Assembly (NCBI GenBank): GCA_963931685.1
Contig: OZ007038.1
Coordinates: 975,632-1,039,631, forward strand
Direction: 5' to 3'
Source: an uncultured Bacilli bacterium
GTDB taxonomy: Bacteria; Bacillota_I; Bacilli_A; RF39; UBA660
Length of the DNA: 64,000 bases
Positions within the stretch are counted from its first letter, which is position 1. The number at the start of each line of letters is the position of its first letter. Below, in pieces: positions 10,232 to 19,196 of the stretch. The notes beneath the pieces were generated by a model, which did not search any database, had not been told where the DNA came from, and saw only the letters and a program-made list of their open reading frames with translations. A program made the translations under genes and the position numbers.

Positions 10232-11380
10232 TTATGATATTGCACCACTTAACCATACTGATGGATATCCAATCAATGGTATAACAAATGATACTTTTCC
10301 TTTTACATCTTCTAAAGCAACCTTACCTTCATCAATGGTGTTGTTGTGATCACCTTTTGTAATAAATTGTTTGTTTCCATAACTGTCATTAGTAATATCT
10401 ACAATTCTATGGACAACATATTTTGTTCCACTTACAAATTGAATTATATCACCTTTTTTTAGTTCATTCTTTTCTCTAGTGTTAAGTTTATTAACAACTA
10501 CTGCATCTCCTCTATTAAATGTTGGTGACATACTACCTGATAAAACAGCAATTGGTTGGTATTTAAATAATCCCATTACGAAGCCAGCAAGCAGTGCTAT
10601 AAAAGCAAAAACTGGAACATAAACTACCGGATTATAATTTCTTCTTTCTCTTTTTGATAATCTTTCTGATCTATTTACATGAACATAATTCATATAAATA
10701 TAAATTGCAAGTGGTAATGTAACGCCAACTATGGCAGTTGCAAACCAATCTAGGTTAGGAATGATTGGTACTATGAATGGTGGAATTGTAACAAATAATC
10801 TATATATTATAGAGAATTTTGCACCACCTATATATACTAGATAAGTAGCAATTGCACTTTCTAATATAGCTGGAATTAAAGTTGTTGAAGAATAAATAAA
10901 TATTTCTTTCAAATCTGTAAAATGACTTTCAATATTAGAATAATTTAAGTTAATTAACATAAATAAGATTGTCATTAAAATATAATTCCAATGTTTTTTC
11001 TTTTCATTTTTTACTAATGCTTCTCTTATAAATTCTTGGAAGAAAATTAGTCCACCAAAACTCCATAAGTTTTTCAATATGCTAAATAAATCTTTTGAAT
11101 ATGGTGTTTTTTCAAATCCAAAAATTAATCCTAGTAAGAAGTAACCAATTATATAAATAATTAGTGCTATAATTAAGCTTTGTGTTTTGTCTTTTTCACC
11201 TTTAACTCTTAATCCAGAGTCTTTACTCAAATAAACTGCTACACCACATATGATTATCCACATAAGTGGGTGGAATATTTCATTATAATAATCGAGACTA
11301 AGTGGAATGATGACAAAAACATTTAAAACTAAATATATAATTAACAAACTATATATTATTAGGTTTTTTTTCATATTCAT
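10232..11380 (-). CDS. sipW: Signal peptidase I of the SipW/S26B type with a large N-terminal polytopic membrane domain
   Basis: AVLSGSMSPTFNRGD (catalytic Ser), YVVHRIV (His, SipW/ER type), FITKGDHN; about 270 aa hydrophobic N-terminal extension. Confidence 0.85.
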   Translation of the reverse strand: MNMKKNLIIYSLLIIYLVLNVFVIIPLSLDYYNEIFHPLMWIIICGVAVYLSKDSGLRVKGEKDKTQSLIIALIIYIIGYFLLGLIFGFEKTPYSKDLFSILKNLWSFGGLIFFQEFIREALVKNEKKKHWNYILMTILFMLINLNYSNIESHFTDLKEIFIYSSTTLIPAILESAIATYLVYIGGAKFSIIYRLFVTIPPFIVPIIPNLDWFATAIVGVTLPLAIYIYMNYVHVNRSERLSKRERRNYNPVVYVPVFAFIALLAGFVMGLFKYQPIAVLSGSMSPTFNRGDAVVVNKLNTREKNELKKGDIIQFVSGTKYVVHRIVDITNDSYGNKQFITKGDHNNTIDEGKVALEDVKGKVSFVIPLIGYPSVWLSGAIS

Positions 11381-11418
11381 ACCCCTTTTTAATAGTTATC
11401 CCTACTATTCTATAATGA

Positions 11419-11447
11419 ATTATAGCATAACATTTTGAAGTTGACAA
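11419..11447 (-). promoter_or_regulatory. SigA-type promoter for sipW-DUF5305
   Basis: TTGTCA-17 nt-TATAAT with an extended TGn on the minus strand. Confidence 0.65.
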
Positions 11448-11508
11448 CTGTTAACAGGAAAGTTTTAATGATATTTTTTTGCTTGACAATTTTTTTGGTT
11501 ATTTATGT

Positions 11509-11548
11509 AAATTAAAAGAAAAACATTAATTTGTTTTTCTTTTAATTT
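11509..11548 (-). terminator. Terminator after subunit gene 1
   Basis: 17-bp perfect inverted repeat aaattaaaagaaaaaca/tgtttttcttttaattt. Confidence 0.7.
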
Positions 11549-11553
11549 AAATT

Positions 11554-12138
11554 TTACTGTGCTTGTGAAGCATTCATATTAACAGTGATACTTGCAGAAG
11601 TGGCTTTACCAACAGATGTTGCAGAACTAATGAATTCAGCTTTTACTTTCATAGTAACTGTATCATTTTGATTCATTGTTGTAGTAGCTGCTGGTGTTAC
11701 AGTAAATTGAATATTACCTTTTCTAGCAACTAATGGTTGAACATCTTCGTCACCAGTCATTTCAACAGTTGGAGTACCTACAGTAGCAGGAATTGTACCA
11801 TTATTTTTAATTGTTAGTGTAAATGTAACAGTATCTCCTGGTTGATATAATGTTGCACTAATATTTGCATTATGATCATCGTTATCATAACCTATTGTTC
11901 CGGTTGGAGTTGTTCCTCCAGCAAAACCAGCTACTGCATCAACTACACCTGGAGTAGCTTCTGTTTTTGTTGAATCATATTTTACATCCCAAGTTGAAGT
12001 GATTTCAGCACTTCCGTTAATTGTTAATTGTTGTGCAAATGCGGCATAACCAACTGCCATTACAAATACTACTGCAAGTAATGCTCCAATCAATATGTTT
12101 TTGTGTTTACTTTCCATTTTTTCCATCCTTTCTCTCAA
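11554..12138 (-). CDS. SipW-class signal peptide protein (TasA/CalY-like subunit), paralog 1
   Basis: Basic N-terminus, hydrophobic helix, VGYAAF, then LTINGSAEITSTWDV and LYQPGDTVTFTLTIKNNGTIPA; adjacent to sipW. Confidence 0.75.
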   Translation of the reverse strand: MRERMEKMESKHKNILIGALLAVVFVMAVGYAAFAQQLTINGSAEITSTWDVKYDSTKTEATPGVVDAVAGFAGGTTPTGTIGYDNDDHNANISATLYQPGDTVTFTLTIKNNGTIPATVGTPTVEMTGDEDVQPLVARKGNIQFTVTPAATTTMNQNDTVTMKVKAEFISSATSVGKATSASITVNMNASQAQ

Positions 12139-12162
12139 GTAGCTTTCTCCTACTTTATTTAT

Positions 12163-12191
12163 AATATATCATAATTGGTTTTTTCATTCAA
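12163..12191 (-). promoter_or_regulatory. SigA-like promoter of paralog 1
   Basis: TTGAAT-17 nt-TATATT with TGn. Confidence 0.55.
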
Positions 12192-12194
12192 GAC

Positions 12195-12229
12195 AAAACA
12201 AAAAAAACTATAAAAAGTTTTTTTGTTTT
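12195..12229 (-). terminator. Terminator after paralog 2
   Basis: Near-perfect inverted repeat aaaacaaaaaaaact/agtttttttgtttt. Confidence 0.55.
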
Positions 12230-12234
12230 ACACT

Positions 12235-12798
12235 TTACGCTGTTGCTTGAGAAGCGTTCATGTTAATTGTAACGTCTGCTGTAGTAGTATCACCAACAGA
12301 TGTTGCAGAACTAATGAATTCAGCTTTTACTGTCATAGTAACTGTTTCAGTTTGGTTAATTGTTTTTGTGTCTGCAGCAGTTACAGTAAATTGAATATTA
12401 CCTTTTCTAGCAATTAATGGTTCACCAGCTTGGTCACCATCCATAGCAACAGTAGGCGCTCCTACAGTAGCAGGAATTGTACCATTATTTACAATTGTTA
12501 ATGTAAATAAAACGGTATCTCCTGGTTGATATAATGTTGCGCTTATGTTTGCGTTATGATTTCCATTATCATAACCTATTGTTCCGGTTGGAGTTTGACC
12601 ACCAACCATACCTGCTGTAGCATCAACTATACCTGCTCCGGTTTTTTTAGAAGGGTCGAATGTTACATCCCATGTAGATGTAATTTCAGCACTTCCGTTG
12701 ATTGTTAATTGTTGAGCAAATGCGGCATAACCAACTGCCATTACAAATACTACTGCTAATAATGCACCAATTAACGCATTTTTGTGTTTACTTTCCAT
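12235..12798 (-). CDS. SipW-class signal peptide protein, paralog 2
   Basis: MESKHKNALIGALLAVVFVMAVGYAAFAQQLTINGSAEITSTWDV; highly similar to paralog 1. Confidence 0.75.
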   Translation of the reverse strand: MESKHKNALIGALLAVVFVMAVGYAAFAQQLTINGSAEITSTWDVTFDPSKKTGAGIVDATAGMVGGQTPTGTIGYDNGNHNANISATLYQPGDTVLFTLTIVNNGTIPATVGAPTVAMDGDQAGEPLIARKGNIQFTVTAADTKTINQTETVTMTVKAEFISSATSVGDTTTADVTINMNASQATA

Positions 12799-12849
12799 TT
12801 TTTTCCTTCCTTCCTATAATATTCTAAGTAGCTTCCCTACTCTATAATG

Positions 12850-12878
12850 ATATTATCATATTTTGATTTACAATTCAA
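12850..12878 (-). promoter_or_regulatory. SigA-like promoter of paralog 2
   Basis: TTGAAT-17 nt-TAATAT with TGn. Confidence 0.55.
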
Positions 12879-12937
12879 GAAATTTTTCTCGTTTTTTGTA
12901 TACATTTGTTAAATGTGTTTAAATTACATAATAAAAA

Positions 12938-12957
12938 CTTAAGCAAAAATGCTTAAG
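12938..12957 (-). terminator. Terminator after paralog 3
   Basis: Inverted repeat cttaagca/tgcttaag overlapping the stop codon. Confidence 0.5.
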
Positions 12958-13516
12958 CTTGAACATAGTTCATTGTTACTGTTAATTGAGCTGAAAGATT
13001 TTGAAGGTTACCTTGTCCTTCTGCCCTGTTAACAAATTCAGCGACAATAGTTATTTGAGCTGTACCGTTATTAGCATTTAATATTCCTGTACCTGGACTA
13101 GTAACAGTATATTTAATATCACCATCTTTTGTTGTAGCAGTTAAACTTCTATTATCAACAACCATTTCTGGAGTTTCACTTGATAAAGTAATTGTACTTA
13201 ATTTAGCATTTAATGTTCCAGTATTTTCGATTGGAATCACATAAGTAACGGTATCTCCTGGACTCATTAATTCTGAAGTAAATGTAGCTGTTAGTCCGCC
13301 TTCATCAACAGTAACATCTCCAGTAGGGGCTGTTCCCATTGTAGAATTTGGTGTTGCAGTTGCTCCTTCTTGTTTCATATGAACATCCCATCTTGAGGTG
13401 ATTTCAGCACTTCCGTTAATTGTTAATTGTTGTGCAAATGCGGCATAACCAACTGCCATTACAAATACTACTGCAAGTAATGCTCCAATTAAGGCATTTT
13501 TGTGTTTTGCTTCCAT
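12953..13516 (-). CDS. SipW-class signal peptide protein, paralog 3
   Basis: Same N-terminal 40 aa as paralogs 1 and 2; divergent core with LMSPGDTVTYVIPIENTGTLNA. Confidence 0.75.
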   Translation of the reverse strand: MEAKHKNALIGALLAVVFVMAVGYAAFAQQLTINGSAEITSRWDVHMKQEGATATPNSTMGTAPTGDVTVDEGGLTATFTSELMSPGDTVTYVIPIENTGTLNAKLSTITLSSETPEMVVDNRSLTATTKDGDIKYTVTSPGTGILNANNGTAQITIVAEFVNRAEGQGNLQNLSAQLTVTMNYVQA

Positions 13517-13564
13517 TTTTCTTCCCTCCTATAATATTCTAAGTAGCTTCTCTACTCTATTATG

Positions 13565-13593
13565 ATATTATCACATTTGTTGCCTTATTTCAA
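13565..13593 (-). promoter_or_regulatory. SigA-like promoter of paralog 3
   Basis: TTGAAA-17 nt-TAATAT with TGn. Confidence 0.55.
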
Positions 13594-13766
13594 GAATAAA
13601 ATTTTTTTAAGTTTCGGTATTTTACTAAACTCTCACATAAAAACTAACTTTCAATCAAACAACTTATAATAAATTTGATTTGTAAAGGAAATTTATAAAT
13701 TTTTTTCATGCTAACGCAGGGCATTAATCATGTCCTTTTTTAATATTATTCTAAAAATAATTATCT

Positions 13767-15050
13767 CTATAATTTTAACTGTAATTGTTTAAATTTCTCT
13801 CTGCTTTCTATCTTTTGCCATTTTCTTATTCCTTCATGGGCATATGATAGTATATTTCTTATCCCCCTAGATATTTGTCCATACCATACTATAGCTGTCT
13901 TTTTAATTGATTTACTTGCCTCTATTATTTTTATAATCAATAATTTAAAATCTATCTTGTCTGAGAGTATTCCTATATGTAACATTACACAACTTAATAT
14001 TAAATTTAAATTATTGATCCCTCTTAAATTTCTTACTCTAAAATTTTCAAAATCATAATTCTGTTTCTTAGCTTTAAAATATTCTTCTATTTTCCATCTC
14101 ATCATATAGGTCCTAGCTATTTTTAAAACATCATCTTTTGTTTTGATTGGTAAATCTGATAGTAAATACATCGGATCACTTTCTTCATCTTTTCTATATA
14201 TTATAACTAGGCTTAAGTCTTTTTCTTTCATCTTTGGAAATTGTACTGTCGTATATGATATATAACAATCTGTATTTTCGCCTTTATACATTAATTTAGT
14301 ATGAATCTTTCCTTTTCTTGTGGCTGCCACTTCTTTTACTAATCTCTTTTTCCCTTTAAATAACATATGTCTGTCACCATCTAATCTAACTATAAACGAT
14401 ATTTTATTTTTTATTGTTTCTTCAAACAAGTTATAGGAATCATAACCTCTATCTTTTACTACTATTATCTTTATCTTTTCGTTTTCTTTCCTTAATTTAC
14501 TTATAACTTCTTTTTCAGATTTCTTGGTTTCATCTGGACAGCTGATAAACCCGGAAGTTTCTGTAGAGTATATTTTTGAATATAAACTGACTGGTTGTTT
14601 TTCATTTTTCGTAAGCCCAACTACTTCACACACATGATAGCCATTAACGTATCTATCTTCCTTACTACTGGCATCTTTCACTGTGCATAAATCTTCTAGT
14701 TTTCTACTATATTCTTTATTTACATCAGAATCATCTTCTACTAATATTACTTCATCGTCTGGCAATTGTTTTATTGCTTCATTTAAATAGTTCTCTTTTA
14801 TTTTTTCTATACTTTCATCTGACAAATAATTACATCTATCACATAATCTTTCAATAGTATTTTTAAGTTTATTTTCCTCATTCAAAGCTCTAGCTATATC
14901 ACTAAATAAAATACTTCCACTTTTTTCTATGCCATATAACATATCAGCTATGAACTTTTTGTCAGGCTTACATAAGCCTTCTGAAATTTTTTTCGAAAAA
15001 TTTAAAATATCTCTTTTCACCTCATAGGTATTTGTAGTAAAATTATTCAT
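13767..15050 (-). mobile_element. DDE transposase (IS4-superfamily-like), intact ORF; terminal inverted repeats not confidently found
   Basis: EDDSDVNKEYSRKLE, VVKDRGYD and YMMRWKIEEYFKAKKQ (Y-x2-R-x3-E-x6-K) motifs; inserted between paralogs 3 and 4. Confidence 0.85.
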
Positions 15051-15244
15051 GGAAAGACCTCCTTATTTTTTGTTTATTAGTAAAAGTTTTTTCAATTTAA
15101 TTATACTAAATTTGGAATGGTTTTTCCTTATTTTTAAAGTAAAAAGATGAATTCTTTTCCACAGGATTCATCTTTTTTTATTAGCCATTTAAATTTCACC
15201 GGAACTTAAATAAAATTTTATAATTTATGGAAATGATGTAAAGA

Positions 15245-15280
15245 AAGAAACATTAGAATTTATGCTTTCTAATGTTTCTT
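15245..15280 (-). terminator. Terminator after paralog 4
   Basis: 14-bp perfect inverted repeat aagaaacattagaa/ttctaatgtttctt. Confidence 0.65.
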
Positions 15281-15779
15281 AAGCTTGAACAAATGTTAAA
15301 ATCATAATTAAATTACCTGTCTTGTTAGCAGGGGTTGTAGTATAACTTTCGTTAAATTTTACAGTAACTGTAAATGTTTTGGAACCGTCTGCATTAATAA
15401 CATCATTCTGTGAAATACCTTCATAACTATATTGGATAGCATCATTATTATCAGCATCAAATGTAATTGTATCTAATTTGGCATTTAATGTTCCAGCATT
15501 TTTTACTGTTATATTATAAGTTACTCCACTACCCGGACTCACTAATTCAGCTTGAAATGTAGCACTTAATTTATCATCTCCAACGGTGGCACTAACATTT
15601 TTTCCATCTAATATTTCATGATTTACAGCAATATCTTCAATGTGAACATCCCATTTTGAAGTTATTTCGGCAGTTCCGTTGATTGTTAATGCTTGGGCGA
15701 ATGCGGCATAACCTATAGCCATAACTAGGACTACTGCTACTAAAACCATAATTAGTGAAGATTTATGCATATCTTCCAT
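15279..15779 (-). CDS. SipW-class signal peptide protein, paralog 4
   Basis: VLVMAIGYAAFAQALTINGTAEITSKWDV; LVSPGSGVTYNITVKNAGTLNAKL. Confidence 0.75.
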   Translation of the reverse strand: MEDMHKSSLIMVLVAVVLVMAIGYAAFAQALTINGTAEITSKWDVHIEDIAVNHEILDGKNVSATVGDDKLSATFQAELVSPGSGVTYNITVKNAGTLNAKLDTITFDADNNDAIQYSYEGISQNDVINADGSKTFTVTVKFNESYTTTPANKTGNLIMILTFVQA

Positions 15780-15803
15780 ATTCCCATCTCCTATCTTGAT
15801 ATT

Positions 15804-15832
15804 AATATATCATAATTGAAGTTTCTTTTCAA
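15804..15832 (-). promoter_or_regulatory. SigA-like promoter of paralog 4
   Basis: TTGAAA-17 nt-TATATT with TGn. Confidence 0.55.
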
Positions 15833-15837
15833 CTGTT

Positions 15838-17523
15838 TTACATTGTTTTTGGAATATGAATACCTAATAATTCTAGTAAAGATTTTAATACAAAATTACT
15901 ATATGTTAAAACTATGTCGTAATCATTTTTTATACTTTCTTCTAAGTTTGCCATATGATTTGTTTGATAAAAGTTATTAGCAATTACAGATAATTCGTAT
16001 AAATAATTAGCTATAATATGAGGTCTTCTTTCTTTTGAGGCTTCATCAATAACTGAGCTTACTTCTAATAATTTTAAGCGTAAAATTCTGTCTATATCAT
16101 TATATATTTTATCTGATAAATTTCCATTATTTTTAGTTAATAATTTGTTTATTCTTAAATATGTATACAAGATGTAAGGACCTGTTTTACCATTAACTTC
16201 ACTAAATTTTTTGATATCAAAAATGTAATTTCTAGTTAGGTCATTTTGTAAATCAGCAAATTTTAAAATAGAGTTAACTATTTTATCTAAGTCTTCTTTA
16301 TCCATGTTTTTATTTTCTTTACGTAGATTTATGAATTCTTCTTTTACTGCTTTAATTAAATCTTCAAGTTTTAAGGCACCACCTGTTCTTGTTTTAAAAG
16401 GTTTATTATCTTTACCATTGACAGTTCCATTACCATAATGAATTAGCTTTCCTTCATAAATTCCTGTTTTTTTGGCCACTCTAAAGACTTGAGTAAAATA
16501 CATGCTTTGTCTTGCATCAACAACATATATTATTTCGTCTGGGTTAAAGTCTTTTTTTCTTTGCCAAATTGTTCCTAAGTCAGATGTAGCATATAAATAA
16601 GCGCCATCTGATTTTTGAATTATACAAGGTGGAATATCTATTTTATCATTTTCTTCTTTAACATCAACAACTTTAGCTCCATTATCTATTCTAACGCATG
16701 GCTGTTTATCTAAATATTCCATCATTTCTGGGAAAACTTTATAAGCATCACTTTCTCCATACCAATAATCAAAATGTACATCTAAGTAATCATATATTCT
16801 TTTAATATCAGAAACTGATAGTTTATATATTTTTTCCCATAGTATATGATAATTTGGATCACCTTCTTGAAGTTTTTTTGTTATTTCAGCGCAGGCTTTA
16901 CGAACATTTTCATTCTCTTTACATAAAGCACTCATTTTAGGATATGTGACATTTAAGTAATTTAAATCAAATTCAATATCTTCATATTTTGTGTTTGGAA
17001 AATCATTTAAGATACCATAAATAACTTGTCCCATTTGGGCACCAATATCACCTAGATGAACATCTCCTATTGTATGATTACCTTTGAATTTTAAAATATT
17101 ATTTATAGCTTGTCCAATTATAGCGGTTCTTAGATGTCCTACGTGCAGTGGTTTAGCAACGTTTGGTCCACCATAATCAATGACGATTGTTTCATTTTCT
17201 AAAGTGGCTCCTAGTTTATCTTTTTGCATTAATGATTTTAATGAATCGTTGATTAATTTATCACTGACATTAATATTAATGAAACCTGGTTTAGAGACGG
17301 AAACTTCTTTGAAATAATTTTCAAATTTTTCGTTTTCTTTTAATTGGTTTACAATTTCTTCAGCAATAATGTATGGAGCTTTATGATAAAGTTTTGCTAA
17401 TTTAAAAGCGTCATCACACTGGAAATCTACACCATCCATGTTTGATTTTACAACTTTTATTTTATATTCATAGTTTAAATTTTTTAATGTTTCATTTAAG
17501 ATGTTTTCTAATTTTTCAATCAT
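15838..17523 (-). CDS. argS: Arginyl-tRNA synthetase
   Basis: DYGGPNVAKPLHVGHLRT (HIGH), HLGDIG, PFKTRTG (KMSKS-like), GKTGPYILY; Arg T-box upstream. Confidence 0.95.
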   Translation of the reverse strand: MIEKLENILNETLKNLNYEYKIKVVKSNMDGVDFQCDDAFKLAKLYHKAPYIIAEEIVNQLKENEKFENYFKEVSVSKPGFININVSDKLINDSLKSLMQKDKLGATLENETIVIDYGGPNVAKPLHVGHLRTAIIGQAINNILKFKGNHTIGDVHLGDIGAQMGQVIYGILNDFPNTKYEDIEFDLNYLNVTYPKMSALCKENENVRKACAEITKKLQEGDPNYHILWEKIYKLSVSDIKRIYDYLDVHFDYWYGESDAYKVFPEMMEYLDKQPCVRIDNGAKVVDVKEENDKIDIPPCIIQKSDGAYLYATSDLGTIWQRKKDFNPDEIIYVVDARQSMYFTQVFRVAKKTGIYEGKLIHYGNGTVNGKDNKPFKTRTGGALKLEDLIKAVKEEFINLRKENKNMDKEDLDKIVNSILKFADLQNDLTRNYIFDIKKFSEVNGKTGPYILYTYLRINKLLTKNNGNLSDKIYNDIDRILRLKLLEVSSVIDEASKERRPHIIANYLYELSVIANNFYQTNHMANLEESIKNDYDIVLTYSNFVLKSLLELLGIHIPKTM

Positions 17524-17539
17524 TTTATTTCCTCCTTTT

Positions 17540-17745
17540 TATATAAAAATCCCTATAAAATAAGGACGAGTTTTTACCCGCGGTGCCACCTTACTTCATA
17601 GAGATTCTATGCGACTTTAATCTTTAATGCAGATTATACAACGACTGTTTTTAGGGATGCGTTCATAAGGATATATTGCTTAGCTTCCACTTATCTAAGC
17701 TCACTATAAATATATTTATCTTATTACTATTTCCCTCATGTCTTG
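17540..17745 (-). promoter_or_regulatory. T-box riboswitch with Arg (CGC) specifier
   Basis: Minus-strand AAGGTGGCACCGCG T-box at 17579-17592; specifier GAA-CGC-A (CGC at 17659-17661); terminator stem and T-run upstream of argS. Confidence 0.9.
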
Positions 17746-17751
17746 CTATTA

Positions 17752-17780
17752 ATTATATAAAAATGTGGTTTATTTGTCAA
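17752..17780 (-). promoter_or_regulatory. Consensus SigA promoter for the T-box-argS transcript
   Basis: TTGACA-17 nt-TATAAT exact. Confidence 0.8.
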
Positions 17781-17823
17781 ACTTTATGTACGATAAAAGA
17801 AAAGTCCATGGACTTTTCCCTTA

Positions 17824-17946
17824 TTAAAAGAATACAGACCCTAGTAAAATAGCTAAAAGTATATAAAGCACTAATACTATTAAGTAGCTATTATTACTTG
17901 TACATTGTCTTTCACATGGTCTTTCACATGAATTATTGCAAGCCAT
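17824..17946 (-). CDS. YjcZ/SscA-like small sporulation protein, 40 aa, not in the ORF track
   Basis: MACNNSCERPCERQCTSNNSYLIVLVLYILLAILLGSVFF; AGAAAGGAG RBS; hydrophobic IVLVLxILL tail. Confidence 0.7.
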   Translation of the reverse strand: MACNNSCERPCERQCTSNNSYLIVLVLYILLAILLGSVFF

Positions 17947-17965
17947 AATTACTCCTTTCTAGGGC

Positions 17966-18049
17966 TTATAAATAAGCTCCAAGTATGATTATTAAAAGAA
18001 TAAATAGTACTAATACGATTGCTGCTGAACTTACTCCAGTATTACACAT
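17966..18049 (-). CDS. YjcZ/SscA-like small sporulation protein, 27 aa, not in the ORF track
   Basis: MCNTGVSSAAIVLVLFILLIIILGAYL; AAGGAGG RBS; upstream SigK/SigE-like CACA...CATAAAATA. Confidence 0.75.
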   Translation of the reverse strand: MCNTGVSSAAIVLVLFILLIIILGAYL

Positions 18050-18206
18050 ATAAATCATCCTCCTTTTTACCTTTCACATTATTTTATGGAAATTTTTAGT
18101 TTGTGTGATTACTTATGGGTAAAAATAAATAAAAATGTTGAAATTTAAAGGAAAATTTGGTATTATTTTATATGTATGAAAGCATACATATGAAAGGAAG
18201 ATTGAC

Positions 18207-19196
18207 GTGAAAAAGAAAAAAATATTTGCTTTAGTGTTAGTGGCTACGTTAATGCTTACTGGTTGTGGCAGTAAAGCTACTTTAAAAAATGGTGAAGAAG
18301 TTGTAGCTACACTTAAAGGTAAATCTATTACTGCAGAAGATTTATATGATGAGCTAAAGAAACAAGGTGGTGCAGTTACTTTAACTAACATGATTGATGA
18401 GTTTGTTGTTAATAAGGAAATTAAAACTGATGACGATGCTGAGTCTTATGCTGAATCACAATTAAGTTCATATAAAAAATCTTATCAAAGTTATGGTCAA
18501 GATTTTAACGCCGCTCTAACTGCTGCTGGATATTCTGGTGAAGATGAATTTAAAGATGAACTTATTTTAGAGTATAAGAAAAATGTTGCAACAGAAAATT
18601 ATGTTAAGGATGAACTTACTGATGATGAAATTAAAAAATATTATGATGATAACATTTATGGAGATATTGAGGCTAGACATATTTTAATTAGTCCTAATAC
18701 TAAAGATGATATGACTGATGATGAAAAAGATGAAGCTGAAAAGAAAGCTAAAAAAGAAGCTGAGGATATTATTAAGAAACTTGACAAGGGTGAAAAATTT
18801 GAAGATTTAGCAAAAGAATATTCTGATGATGAAGGTACTGCTAGTAAAGGTGGAAAACTTACTGTTACTTATGGCTCTGTTGTTGATGAATTTTGGGATG
18901 GAGCTAGTGAGTTAAAAGATGGTGAATATTCTAAAGAACCAGTTAAATCTGAATATGGTTACCACATTATTTACCGTATTAAACAAAAAGAAAAACCTGA
19001 GTTAAAAGAAGTTAGAGATGATGTTATTGATAAATTAGTGGAAGAAAAAATGAATAATGACTCTACTTTACAAACTAAAGCTTTAATGGCTTTAAGGAAG
19101 AAATATAATTTAGAAATTTCTGATGATGAACTTAAAAAATCTTATGATAATTCGGTAAATAGTGCTTTAAGTGCAAATCAAAACAGTTCAAATTAA
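18207..19196 (+). CDS. prsA: Foldase PrsA (parvulin PPIase lipoprotein)
   Basis: Lipobox LTGC; EARHILI, FEDLAKEYSDDEGTASKGGKL, PVKSEYGYHII. Confidence 0.9.
   Translation: MKKKKIFALVLVATLMLTGCGSKATLKNGEEVVATLKGKSITAEDLYDELKKQGGAVTLTNMIDEFVVNKEIKTDDDAESYAESQLSSYKKSYQSYGQDFNAALTAAGYSGEDEFKDELILEYKKNVATENYVKDELTDDEIKKYYDDNIYGDIEARHILISPNTKDDMTDDEKDEAEKKAKKEAEDIIKKLDKGEKFEDLAKEYSDDEGTASKGGKLTVTYGSVVDEFWDGASELKDGEYSKEPVKSEYGYHIIYRIKQKEKPELKEVRDDVIDKLVEEKMNNDSTLQTKALMALRKKYNLEISDDELKKSYDNSVNSALSANQNSSN

Noticed and set aside
13690-15220. Candidate terminal inverted repeats for the DDE transposase
   Set aside because: The flanking segments (about 13707-13730 and 15190-15210) do not form a convincing inverted pair.
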